Origin: Candidatus Krumholzibacteriia bacterium
GTDB taxonomy: Bacteria > Krumholzibacteriota > Krumholzibacteriia > JAJRXK01
Assembly: GCA_041484665.1 (NCBI GenBank)
Contig: JBGPIA010000001.1
Coordinates: 192,001 to 256,000 of the forward strand
Direction of reading: 5' to 3'
Length of the DNA: 64,000 bases
The position numbers and the translations under genes are program-made. Below are positions 28,402 through 37,706 of the stretch, in pieces (position 1 is the stretch's first letter; every line of letters begins with the position of its first letter). The notes under the pieces were generated by a model. That model was not told the DNA's origin. It made no database searches and saw nothing but the letters and a program-made list of their open reading frames with translations.

Positions 28402-30849
28402 ATGAGCACCCGCCGCTGGAAGCCCGAGGTCACCGAGGCCCTCACGCGCGCGTCCCAGATCGCCAAGGAGCGCGGGCACGCCACGGTCGGTCCGCTGCAC
28501 CTCTTCTACGCGTTGCTGGTACCCGATGCAGGTGGGGCCGCGCTGATCCTGCGCTCCATGGGGCGCGAGGTGGCGCACGTGCGCGATCGCCTCGACGCCG
28601 CGCTGGACGCCGTGGAAAAACCGCCGCGCCCGGTCTACGAGCCCAAGCCCGACAAGGCCTTCCAGGCGGCGATCGACCTGGCCGAGACCGAGCGCAAGGT
28701 GCTCGAGGAGGAGGAGCTCAACGAGGGACACCTGCTGATCGCGTTGACCAGCGTCGACGGCGGGCTGGACAGGGAGCTGCGCAAGGAGCTGGGGATCAAG
28801 CGCGGACAGATCGTCGACGCGCTGCGCGATGTGGGGAAGGCCAAGGCGCTCGCTTCCGCCGGCGGCCCGCCGGAAGCCGCGCTCACCGGCAGCATGATGC
28901 AGTTCTGCACCGACCTGACCGGCGAGGCGCGCAGCGGCGAGCTCGATCCCGTCATCGGCCGCGAGCGCGAGACCGCCCAGTTGGTGGAGGTGCTGGGGCG
29001 CCGGCGCAAGAACAACGCCGTGCTGGTGGGCGAGCCCGGCGTGGGGAAAACGGCCATCGTCGAGGGGCTGGCCATGGCCATCGCCAAGGGGCACGTGCCC
29101 AGCGTGCTGGCCAATACGCGGGTGCTGGTGCTGGATCTGGCGGCGATGGTGGCCGGCGCCAAGTACAAGGGCGAGTTCGAGGAGCGCTTCAAGAAGCTGA
29201 TCAAGGAGCTCGAGGGCACCGCCGGCCAGGGCCTGCTGTTCGTCGACGAGCTGCACACGTTGCTGAGCGCGGGCGGCGGCGGCGGCGGCATGGACGCGGC
29301 CAACCTGCTCAAGCCCGCGCTTGCCCGCGGGACGCTGCGCATGATCGGGGCTACGACCATCGGAGAGTACCGTAAGTACATCGAGAAGGACGCGGCCTTC
29401 GCCCGCCGCTTCGTGCGCATCGACGTCGCCGAGCCTGACGAGCCCATCTGCTTACGAATCCTCAAGGGCGTGCGCCCCAAGTATGAGGAGCACCACAAGG
29501 TCAAGATCGCCGACGACGCGCTGGAGGCTGCGGTGACCCTCTCCAAGCGCTACCTGCCCGACCGCTTCCTGCCCGATAAGGCCGTGGATCTGCTGGATGA
29601 GTGCGCATCCAACATGAAGATCTTCACCGAGCGGCTGGCGATGTTGCGCGAGCGCGGCAAGGAGATCGACGATCTGAAGGACGATGACGCGTCGGCGCCC
29701 GCGCTGGAGAACTGGGCCGGGGTGCTCGAGACCCTTGCCGACGGGCTCAAGGCCCGCGGCCTGGAGGCCGCCTTCGACCTGGGCGACCGGGGTAAGGCGG
29801 CGCTGGCCGGTGCGCGCGGCGCCGTGCTCGACGCCGCGGCGAACGTCCCGTCCCATGTTGACTCGGGCCAGGTCGGCGCACGCGTCAGCCTGCGCACCGG
29901 CATCCCCGTCAGCAAGATGATGGGCAAGGAGCGCGAGCGCCTGGCCAACATCGAGCAGTACCTGCACGAGCGGCTGATTGGGCAGCACGACGCGGTGCGC
30001 TCGGTCGCCAATGCGGTGCGCAAGGGGCGCGCCGGGCTCAAGCGCCCCAACCTCCCGGTGGGCAGTTTCCTGTTCCTGGGGCCTACCGGCACGGGCAAGA
30101 CCGAGTTGGCCAAGACCCTGGCGGAGTTCCTGTTCGCGGACGAGAAGGCGATGATCCGCTTCGACATGAGCGAGTTCCAGCAGGAGCACACCGTGCAGCG
30201 CATGATCGGCGCCCCTCCCGGCTACGTCGGCTACGAGGAGGGCGGCCAGCTTACCGAGGCCGTGCGCCGCAAGCCGTACTGCGTGCTGCTCTTCGACGAG
30301 ATCGAGAAGGCCAACAAGCGCGTCTTCGACATCTTCCTGCAAGTGCTCGACGACGGCCGGCTGACCGACGGCCAGAGCCGTACGGTGGACTTCTCCAACA
30401 CCGTGGTGATCATGACCAGCAACATGGGCGGTCTTTGGATCGCGGAGCAAGACACCGCAGGCAAGCCCATCGACCCCACGTACCTTCGGAACATGCTCAT
30501 CGACGAGGGGCGCGGGCTGCGGCCGGAGTTCGTGAACCGCTTCGACGAGTTCGTGATCTTCCACAGCCTCAAGCACGAGGAGGTCCGCCAGATCCTCGAG
30601 CTGCAGCTGAAGGGGCTGCGCAAGATGCTCAAGGCGCAGGGGCTCTCGCTTTCGGTCAGCGATCCTGCCATGACGAAGCTGGCGCAGTGGAGCTACGACC
30701 CGGCGATGGGCGCCCGCCCGGTGCGCCGCACGATCGACCAACGCATCATCAATCCGCTGTCCGAGAAGATCGTCAGCGCCCCCGAGACAGCGGGCAAGAC
30801 CGTCCAGGTCGATGTGGCGGGCGACGAGCTCGCGATCTCGGTCGTCTAA
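28402..30849 (+). CDS. clpV: ClpV/TssH-like Clp AAA+ ATPase
   Basis: Clp N-domain; Walker A GEPGVGKT and GPTGTGKT; GAPPGYVGYEEGG; divergent from tssB. Confidence 0.8.
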   Translation: MSTRRWKPEVTEALTRASQIAKERGHATVGPLHLFYALLVPDAGGAALILRSMGREVAHVRDRLDAALDAVEKPPRPVYEPKPDKAFQAAIDLAETERKVLEEEELNEGHLLIALTSVDGGLDRELRKELGIKRGQIVDALRDVGKAKALASAGGPPEAALTGSMMQFCTDLTGEARSGELDPVIGRERETAQLVEVLGRRRKNNAVLVGEPGVGKTAIVEGLAMAIAKGHVPSVLANTRVLVLDLAAMVAGAKYKGEFEERFKKLIKELEGTAGQGLLFVDELHTLLSAGGGGGGMDAANLLKPALARGTLRMIGATTIGEYRKYIEKDAAFARRFVRIDVAEPDEPICLRILKGVRPKYEEHHKVKIADDALEAAVTLSKRYLPDRFLPDKAVDLLDECASNMKIFTERLAMLRERGKEIDDLKDDDASAPALENWAGVLETLADGLKARGLEAAFDLGDRGKAALAGARGAVLDAAANVPSHVDSGQVGARVSLRTGIPVSKMMGKERERLANIEQYLHERLIGQHDAVRSVANAVRKGRAGLKRPNLPVGSFLFLGPTGTGKTELAKTLAEFLFADEKAMIRFDMSEFQQEHTVQRMIGAPPGYVGYEEGGQLTEAVRRKPYCVLLFDEIEKANKRVFDIFLQVLDDGRLTDGQSRTVDFSNTVVIMTSNMGGLWIAEQDTAGKPIDPTYLRNMLIDEGRGLRPEFVNRFDEFVIFHSLKHEEVRQILELQLKGLRKMLKAQGLSLSVSDPAMTKLAQWSYDPAMGARPVRRTIDQRIINPLSEKIVSAPETAGKTVQVDVAGDELAISVV

Positions 30850-31061
30850 AGCTCGTGCCACTTGCCGGCGAAGTCTCGGCGGCGATGGTCTGGGTCGCTC
30901 GCGGTTCCACGCGTCTGTGAGCCTGCCGCGTGGCGCGAATGTGACAAAACTGTTGCGTCGCGCGCTCTGCGTCCGCTGGCTACAGCCGCCCGGAGCCGGT
31001 ACCTTCTCCGCCATCCCCCTTCTCCCCGATCCCCCTGCTACGTCCATGGGAGGTCCCCAGA

Positions 31062-31526
31062 GTGTCCAAGACCAAAATCACGGCCATCGCCCTCTGCGGC
31101 GTCCTGATCGTTGCTACAGCGTCGCCGGCGCTGTTGGCGGCCGAGCCGCCGGCTCAGCCCACTGCCCAGAAGATGGAAAGCGAGGCGAAGAAGGCGGCCG
31201 AGACCCCGGCACCCAAGGACATGTCCGTCGTCGGCGAGGTCGTCGACATGGGTTGCTACATGGCGCACCCCGCGACGGGCAAGGGCCCGGGGCACAAGGA
31301 GTGCGCGATGGCGTGTGTCAAGGGTGGCATGCCCATTGGTCTCCTGACGGATGACGGCAAGCTCTTCGTGCTGCTGCCCCCGCACGAGGGCACGGAGGGC
31401 TACGTCAAGTTGCACGAGCTGGTCGCCGAGCGCGTGACCGTGAACGGAACGGTGATGATGTCCGCGGGCGTCAACGCCATCACCGTCAAGTCGGCGGAGA
31501 AGGCTCCGGCGGCCACCAAGAGCTGA
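31062..31526 (+). CDS. Secreted OB-fold-like protein with Cys/His/Met motif
   Basis: Signal peptide; GEVVDMGCYMAH...HKECAMACVKGGMPIGLL. Confidence 0.7.
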   Translation: MSKTKITAIALCGVLIVATASPALLAAEPPAQPTAQKMESEAKKAAETPAPKDMSVVGEVVDMGCYMAHPATGKGPGHKECAMACVKGGMPIGLLTDDGKLFVLLPPHEGTEGYVKLHELVAERVTVNGTVMMSAGVNAITVKSAEKAPAATKS

Positions 31527-32317
31527 TGCGGGCGCGCCGACGCGCGACCTTCGTCATGATCCTCGGCGCCGTTCTCCTGCTGGAGAACGGCGCCCTGGCG
31601 GTGTGGCTGGGTGCGCGCCACTTCCGCACGCCGCAGAGCGCTCCGCTCGAGCGCGGCCGCCGCGTGGCCGAGCGCCTTGGCTGCTTCACCTGCCACGGTC
31701 CCGACGGCGGGCGCGGGGTCCCCAATCCAGGCAGCCGCTCCGGCAACGTCCCCGTGTGGCGCGGCGGAACGCTCATGATGTTCGCGGAAAGCGACGCTGA
31801 GATCTCGGAGTGGATCCTCGATGGAGCGCCGCGCCGACTGCGCGCCCAGCCGGACTTTGCGCATGAGCGCGCGCAGGCGCTGCTGGCGATGCCTGCGTTC
31901 CGTGGCAAAGTGGAAGGGCGCGACTTCGAGGACTTGCTGGCCTTTTTCCGCGCGGTGGCTGCGGCCGACCCGGTGGATGATGTCACGGCAGCGCGCGGCC
32001 GGGAGATCGCAGTCGACCGCGGCTGCTTCGGCTGCCACGGGCCGCAGGGGCGCGGCAACGCCAGCAATCCGGGCTCGTTCAAGGGCTACATCCCATCCTG
32101 GGATGGTCCCGATTTCCCCGATCTGGTCCAGAGCGATGCGGAGCTGCGCGAGTGGATCCTCGACGGGAGCGCACGGCGCTTGCGCGAGCACCCGATCGCG
32201 CGCCACTTCCTGGCGCAGCAGGCGATCCGGATGCCGGCCTTCCGGCCCCACCTCGGCGCAGACGAGGTGGACGCGCTTGTCGCGTACATCCACTGGCTGC
32301 GTGGCGCCTCGCCGTAG
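31526..32317 (+). CDS. Membrane-anchored diheme c-type cytochrome
   Basis: CFTCH and CFGCH, each followed by an MPAF distal Met; internal duplication. Confidence 0.88.
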   Translation: MRARRRATFVMILGAVLLLENGALAVWLGARHFRTPQSAPLERGRRVAERLGCFTCHGPDGGRGVPNPGSRSGNVPVWRGGTLMMFAESDAEISEWILDGAPRRLRAQPDFAHERAQALLAMPAFRGKVEGRDFEDLLAFFRAVAAADPVDDVTAARGREIAVDRGCFGCHGPQGRGNASNPGSFKGYIPSWDGPDFPDLVQSDAELREWILDGSARRLREHPIARHFLAQQAIRMPAFRPHLGADEVDALVAYIHWLRGASP

Positions 32318-32502
32318 TGAGGATGAGCCGGCGGGCGTCGCGCGCGTGCGTGATTCCTGGCCCCTGCGGCCCGCCGTCCCGGCACGGCCCAATTTCGCAC
32401 TACCCAAATCCCGGGTGCCCGCCTATTGTAAGGCGGCTTTTGCGTCACCTTCGATCCGGAAGGTGCCCGACAAGGGAAGACGAAGAGGGAGATTGATCAG
32501 GT

Positions 32503-33144
32503 ATGCGCAAGACGTGGATCGTTCTGCCGGCTTTGCTCGCTCTGGCCGTGATGATCGGGTGCGCGAAGCCGCCACAGGTTGATGTCGACGCGGCGAAGGC
32601 TGCCCTGGAGGCTGCCAAGGCCGCGGGCGCCACTGAGTACGCGCAGAGCTCGCTGAACGCGGCCCAGGACGCCAATGCCCAGCTCGACGCCGAGTTGACG
32701 GCACAGCAGGGCAAGTTCGCCCTGACCCGTTCCTACAAGAAGGCCACTGAGCTGGCGGCTGCGGCCAAGTCCGCGGGCGACAAGGCCGCGACCGACGCGG
32801 CGTCGGGGAAGGCTGCGGCTCAAAGGGAGGCTAGCAACCTGATCGCTCAGGCCAAGACCGCCCTCGAGGAAGCCAAGGGGCTGCTGGACAAGGCGCCCAA
32901 GGGCAAAGGAACGCAGGCGGATCTGGAGGCCCTGAAGGCCGACCTCGCCGGCGTGGAGTCGGCGATCACCGAGGCCGACAACGCCATGACTGGGCAGAAG
33001 TACCTGCAAGCCAAGGCAAAGGCGACGGCGGCGATCGGCGCCGCGAACCAGGTGAAGACCGCGGTCGAGCAGGCGATGGCGGCCAAGAAGGGTGCCGCGG
33101 CGAAGCCTGCGGCGCCGGCGGCCAAGCCCGGCGCCAAGCACTAG
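32503..33144 (+). CDS. Ala/Lys-rich helical lipoprotein (DUF4398-like)
   Basis: Lipobox MIGC; AKAALEAAKAAGATEYA pattern. Confidence 0.8.
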   Translation: MRKTWIVLPALLALAVMIGCAKPPQVDVDAAKAALEAAKAAGATEYAQSSLNAAQDANAQLDAELTAQQGKFALTRSYKKATELAAAAKSAGDKAATDAASGKAAAQREASNLIAQAKTALEEAKGLLDKAPKGKGTQADLEALKADLAGVESAITEADNAMTGQKYLQAKAKATAAIGAANQVKTAVEQAMAAKKGAAAKPAAPAAKPGAKH

Positions 33145-33238
33145 CGCCTGACCGGCTCCTCTTCCGGGGGCGTGTCCGGGATCTCCGGGCTCGCCCCTTC
33201 GCGCCCGCGGCTGTTGCCCGCCCCGCAGGCCAGCGACC

Positions 33239-33254
33239 TGGCCAGCGGCTTGCA
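33239..33254 (+). promoter_or_regulatory. Putative sigma54 (-24/-12) promoter
   Basis: TGGC-cagcggc-TTGCA with canonical spacing, upstream of the L,D-transpeptidase genes. Confidence 0.45.
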
Positions 33255-33320
33255 ATGGAATCATCTTGGTGATCTCCGTCGAACCTTCTGGACACCCCCT
33301 CCGATCACCGAGCTTGCACA

Positions 33321-34490
33321 ATGGCGAGGAAAAGCTTGCGGCTGCGTAACCGCTGGTTCTGGCTTGTGATCGGGCTCTTAGTGCTGTGCGCAGCGGCCGG
33401 AGTCTCCTACCCCGTGGCGAGCGGGAGGACGACTCCTCCCCGCCTGATGATGGGGTCTGCCGAGCACGCGGTCGCCGATGCCCGGGAGGCCGACGCCGCG
33501 CACTGGGCGCCCCAGTCCCTACAGGACGCCGAGAACCAGCTGCGCTCCGCACTTGCCGAGCATCGCCGGCAGGAGGTCCGGCTGCTGCCGCTGCGCGACT
33601 ACCGCGCAGCGACCCGAGCGCTGCAGCTGGCGCAGGACATCGCCCAGCGCGCCCGTGACGAGGCCGTCGGTCGCCGCGAGGTCGCCCGCCAGGACGCAGA
33701 GGACGCCATCGCAGCCGCCTCCGGCGAGGTGCGTCGCTCGCAAACCTTTGCCAATGCGATGCACCTGGGGGCGACCGACCACGCGCTCCTGCAGAAATCG
33801 AAAATTGGGCTGCAGGAGTCCAGCATCCTGCTAGAAGGCGGCGACTACCTGGACGCCTCCGAGCGGGCAAAGACCACGGCCGATCTGGCCCGCAAGGTGA
33901 GCGGGCGGGCAGCCGAGGCGGCGTCGCGCTACGTCGACCGGCGGCTGGTGGCCGGCTGGCGCCGCATGGCCGCGGAGACGATCACCTGGTCGAAGTCCAC
34001 GGGCGCCAAGGCAATCGTCGTCTACAAGGACGACCATCGCCTGACGCTCTATGACGATGGCGGCCCGGTCAGATCCTATCCAGCTGACCTGGGCTACCGC
34101 GCGGTCAACGACAAGCTGCGGTCCGGGGACGCTGCAACCCCCGAAGGCAAGTACAGGGTGACCTCCCGCAAGATCCACTCGCTGTATCATCTGGCGCTGC
34201 TGCTGGACTACCCCAACGCCGAGGACCGCGCGCGGTTCGACCAATTGAAACGCGAGGGCGCCATCCCGAGGTCGGCCGGCATCGGCGGGCTGATCGAGAT
34301 CCATGGCGAAGGCGGCCGCGGCAAGGACTGGACGCGCGGCTGCGTCGCCCTCTCCAATCCGGACATGGAAGACCTCTTCTCCCGCGTGGCGGTGGGCACA
34401 CCGGTGACGATCGTGGGCAGCGATGGGCGGGGAGGCGTGTTCACCGACCTCGTCCACAAACACGAGGCGGCGATGAGCCCGAATCGTTGA
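33321..34490 (+). CDS. L,D-transpeptidase (YkuD) with N-terminal TM and DUF4398-like helical region
   Basis: KLRSGDAATPEGKY, LLLDYPN, IEIHG...WTRGCVAL. Confidence 0.88.
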   Translation: MARKSLRLRNRWFWLVIGLLVLCAAAGVSYPVASGRTTPPRLMMGSAEHAVADAREADAAHWAPQSLQDAENQLRSALAEHRRQEVRLLPLRDYRAATRALQLAQDIAQRARDEAVGRREVARQDAEDAIAAASGEVRRSQTFANAMHLGATDHALLQKSKIGLQESSILLEGGDYLDASERAKTTADLARKVSGRAAEAASRYVDRRLVAGWRRMAAETITWSKSTGAKAIVVYKDDHRLTLYDDGGPVRSYPADLGYRAVNDKLRSGDAATPEGKYRVTSRKIHSLYHLALLLDYPNAEDRARFDQLKREGAIPRSAGIGGLIEIHGEGGRGKDWTRGCVALSNPDMEDLFSRVAVGTPVTIVGSDGRGGVFTDLVHKHEAAMSPNR

Positions 34491-35236
34491 TGAGTGCGCA
34501 CCCGCAACCACTGGACGCCCAGGGTGGCAGCTCGGTCGGGGCGGCACCCGCATCCGCCGCGGTGTGGCGGACCCGTCTGTGGCGGCCCAGAGGCGTGCTG
34601 GCGGTCCTGGGAGCGCTGCTTGCCATGGGCATCCTGGGCTCCGGCACGGGTTACACCTACGGTCGCTGGAACGGCTCGGCCGCACCGTCTCCGCAGGGCA
34701 TGCCCTCCGATCCGGCCGGCGTCCGCAAGCTCGTGGTACAGCAGCAGTCGGATCGCCGGAAGCTCCTGGCGGATCTCGCCAAGGAGGTGCCCCGCGGCCT
34801 TTACGTCGTCATCGACCAGACCAACAACCGCCTCTACCTCAAGCGCGACGAGAACGTCGAGCTGGAGGCCGTGTGCTCGGCAGGGTCGGGCTACATCCTG
34901 AAGGAGAGCGCTACCGGAGGCCGCAAATGGGTGTTCGATACGCCGCGCGGGCTCTTCCTCATCCACAACCGGATCGACGATCCGGCTTGGCGCAAACCCG
35001 ATTGGGCGTTCATCGAGGAAGGCAAGCCCATCCCGAAGGACCCGTCCGAGCGCGTCGAGTACGGAACCATGGGCGAGTACGCACTGGACCTGGGGCACGG
35101 CTACTTCATCCATGGCACCCTCTACGAGCGCCTGCTCGGCCGCAGCGTCACCCACGGGTGCATTCGGCTCGGGCGCGACGACCTGCGCAAGGTCGCGCGC
35201 GCGGTGACCGTCGGGACCCCGGTGTACATCTACTGA
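34490..35236 (+). CDS. L,D-transpeptidase (YkuD)
   Basis: FDTPRG, YFIHGT...GRSVTHGCIRL, VGTPVYIY. Confidence 0.9.
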   Translation: MSAHPQPLDAQGGSSVGAAPASAAVWRTRLWRPRGVLAVLGALLAMGILGSGTGYTYGRWNGSAAPSPQGMPSDPAGVRKLVVQQQSDRRKLLADLAKEVPRGLYVVIDQTNNRLYLKRDENVELEAVCSAGSGYILKESATGGRKWVFDTPRGLFLIHNRIDDPAWRKPDWAFIEEGKPIPKDPSERVEYGTMGEYALDLGHGYFIHGTLYERLLGRSVTHGCIRLGRDDLRKVARAVTVGTPVYIY

Positions 35237-35273
35237 TCCGCGGCTCTCGATCTGCGGTGCGTCACTGATCGGC

Positions 35274-36260
35274 ATGCGCCGGCCGCCCCCCTGCACTGCG
35301 GTCCATGGCTGCCAAGGCGAGGACCGCACGCGCTCCACCGCGGGCGGACGCGTGTCGGTGGCGTTCCGGGCGCCGGCATTCGTTCTGCTCCTGCGGCTCC
35401 TGCTGCTCCTGCTGCTCCTGTTGCACCTGGCGCCCCTGCGGGCAGGGGCCGTCGGTCCGCCAGCTGCCCCGGGTCGCACCGGTGGTGCGAGCGTGGCAGG
35501 CGCGGCGCGCTCCACACGCACTGCGGGCGCAGCGGTCGGGGCGGGCGCGGCTGCCGCAGCGCGCACCGTCGCGGCCGCAAAGGCAGGCGCTCCCACCCGG
35601 CTGCCAGTCGACCAACAGCCCCAGGACCCCAGTCGCGAGGCGCAGTGGCTGCAGGTGCAGAACGCCGCGCTGCGGGCGCGCGTCGAGCTCGCCGACAAGG
35701 AGGAGTTCTACCTGCTGCTGGATCTATCCGGCTCGAACCTCAAGCTGATGCTCAAAGGGGCGGTGCTGCAGAACTTCGCCGTGCAATCGGTCGAGGTGGG
35801 AACACCGCGCGTGGTCTTCGTGCGCAAGGTCCGCCTGAGGGACTGGGCAGGCCGGGTCTGGTCCGCGGGCCAGCTCGAGCCCGTGCGCGAGCGCGAGCGC
35901 GTCGAGATCATCGCGCCGCCGCCCAGCGCGGCCGAGGAAGACAGCTCCGCCGCCCCGGCCGTCCCGATCCCGCCGACGCCCGAGGAGGCGTACAAAGTCC
36001 CGCCCCTCTATCACGTGCGCTTCGCCGATGGGCTGTCTCTGGAGATCCGCCACCACACCCCGCAGGGCGCTCCACAGGCCAAGGCCTCGCAAGGTGAGCC
36101 CAGCGCATTGGCCTCGTGGTGGCGGGATGCGCGCTCCGTGTTGCGCGCGCGCACGCGGGACCGGGTGCGCTTGCTCCTGGTGCTGAGCTCCGGCGACGCG
36201 GCCTCGCTCTACCGGTCGCTGCCGCCGGACATCAAGCTGCTCATCCTCCCACCGCCGTAG
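35274..36260 (+). CDS. Hypothetical exported protein, possibly a degenerate YkuD-like fold
   Basis: Hydrophobic signal; YLLLDLSGSNLKLMLKG..LQNFAV and LSSGDAASLYRSL resemble YkuD termini, but there is no HxxC. Start uncertain. Confidence 0.5.
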   Translation: MRRPPPCTAVHGCQGEDRTRSTAGGRVSVAFRAPAFVLLLRLLLLLLLLLHLAPLRAGAVGPPAAPGRTGGASVAGAARSTRTAGAAVGAGAAAAARTVAAAKAGAPTRLPVDQQPQDPSREAQWLQVQNAALRARVELADKEEFYLLLDLSGSNLKLMLKGAVLQNFAVQSVEVGTPRVVFVRKVRLRDWAGRVWSAGQLEPVRERERVEIIAPPPSAAEEDSSAAPAVPIPPTPEEAYKVPPLYHVRFADGLSLEIRHHTPQGAPQAKASQGEPSALASWWRDARSVLRARTRDRVRLLLVLSSGDAASLYRSLPPDIKLLILPPP

Positions 36261-36288
36261 GCGATGGGGCACGGTCCACGCGGTCGCG

Positions 36289-37014
36289 TCAACCTGATGC
36301 CGGGTCTCGCATGCCGCGTACGCGCAGCGTGGTGACCTGCGCGGTCTCGAACACCGCAGCAGGAGCACCCTGGCGGATGGCCCGCCCGCGCTCCAGCACC
36401 ACCACCTCGTCGCACAATGCCAGGATCTCCTCGGCCGCGTGGGTCACGTAGAGCATCGGCACGCCGAATTCGGCCTGCGCGCGCAGGAGCAGCTCCTTCG
36501 TCCTGGACTTGAGCGCCTCGTCCAGGCCCGACAGAGGCTCGTCCAGCAGCAGCAGGCGGGGCTGGGCCAAGAAGGCCCGCGCCAGCGCCACGCGCTGCTT
36601 CTCCCCGCCCGAGAGCGTGCCGATGCGCCGCTCGAGCAGGTCGCCGATCTCCAGCACCGCGCTGACATGGGTAAGGCTGAACGGGCCCGCAGCGCCGTCG
36701 CGATCGGGCGCGCCGTAGAGGCAGTTGCGCCGCACCGACATGTGGGGGAACAGGGCGAGATCCTGGGGAACGTAGCCGATGCCGCGCTGGCGGGCCGCGA
36801 CCGCGAAGCCGCGTGCCGCGTCCGTGAGCACCGCGTCGTCGAGAACGATCGTTCCAGCGCGCGGGCGGATCAGCCCGGCGACCAGGTCGAGCAGCGTGGT
36901 CTTGCCGGCGCCCGAGGGGCCGAACAGCGCGACGACCTGCCCCTCGATCACCGCGTCCGCCTGCAGCGTGAACGCGGCCAGCGGCAGCTCGACCCGGCGC
37001 AGCTCGAGCTTCAC
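36289..37014 (-). CDS. modC: Molybdate ABC transporter ATP-binding protein
   Basis: GPSGAGKT, LSGGEKQRVALARA, LLLDEP, YVTH; GTG start overlapping the modB stop. Confidence 0.88.
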   Translation of the reverse strand: MKLELRRVELPLAAFTLQADAVIEGQVVALFGPSGAGKTTLLDLVAGLIRPRAGTIVLDDAVLTDAARGFAVAARQRGIGYVPQDLALFPHMSVRRNCLYGAPDRDGAAGPFSLTHVSAVLEIGDLLERRIGTLSGGEKQRVALARAFLAQPRLLLLDEPLSGLDEALKSRTKELLLRAQAEFGVPMLYVTHAAEEILALCDEVVVLERGRAIRQGAPAAVFETAQVTTLRVRGMRDPASG

Positions 37015-37685
37015 CGCCAGCCCTCCTTGCCCCGCAGGAGCAGCTCGCTGGCCCAGATGGCGGCGAACGCGATGGCGGTCGAAACGGCCACCAGTCGCAG
37101 CGCGGCGCCATCCTGCCCGAGCTGCACGGCCTGGTAGATAGACAAGGAGAGCGTCGCCGTCTTGCCCGGGATATTTCCGGCGACCAGGATCGTTGCGCCG
37201 AACTCCCCCAGCGCCCGCCCGAAGGCCAGCACCGTTCCCGACAACAGGCCGCGCCCGGCCAGGGGCAGGCTCACGCTCCAGAATACCCGCAGGTCGCTGG
37301 CGCCCAGCGTGCGCGCGATCTGCTCGAGCCGAGGATCCACCTGTTGGAAGGCCACGCGCGCCGAGCGCAGGAGCAGCGGGAAGGACATCACCCCGGCGGC
37401 GATCACGACGGCGCGCCAGGTGAACGCGATGTCCACTCCCAGCGCCCTGTGCAACAGGCCGCCGAAGAATCCGCGCCGGCCCAGCAGCCTGAGCAGCACC
37501 AGGCCCGTGGCCACCGGCGGCATCACCAACGGCAGGCTCAGCACCGTCTCCAGAGCCGCCCGCCCGCGCAGCCGCCGGCGCGCGAGCAGCCAGCCCACCA
37601 GCACGCCGGCGGGCAGGATACACAGCGTGCTCAGCAAGCAGACCCAGACGGTGAATCCGATGGCGTGCAGCTCGGCGGAGGACAT
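37011..37685 (-). CDS. modB: Molybdate ABC transporter permease
   Basis: LPLVMPPVATG, ARTLGA, RALGEFGAT...GNIPGKT. Confidence 0.92.
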   Translation of the reverse strand: MSSAELHAIGFTVWVCLLSTLCILPAGVLVGWLLARRRLRGRAALETVLSLPLVMPPVATGLVLLRLLGRRGFFGGLLHRALGVDIAFTWRAVVIAAGVMSFPLLLRSARVAFQQVDPRLEQIARTLGASDLRVFWSVSLPLAGRGLLSGTVLAFGRALGEFGATILVAGNIPGKTATLSLSIYQAVQLGQDGAALRLVAVSTAIAFAAIWASELLLRGKEGWR

Positions 37686-37706
37686 CGGGGTCAAGGGCTC
37701 CCTGGC

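Noticed and set aside
28093..29256. 537-aa ORF 27643..29256 as a single protein
   Set aside because: Only the last 149 aa (from ATG 28092) look like TssB. The rest is antisense to clpV.
35385..35425. CTGCTC-type short tandem repeat
   Set aside because: It encodes the poly-Leu of a signal/TM segment and is not a CRISPR or contingency locus.
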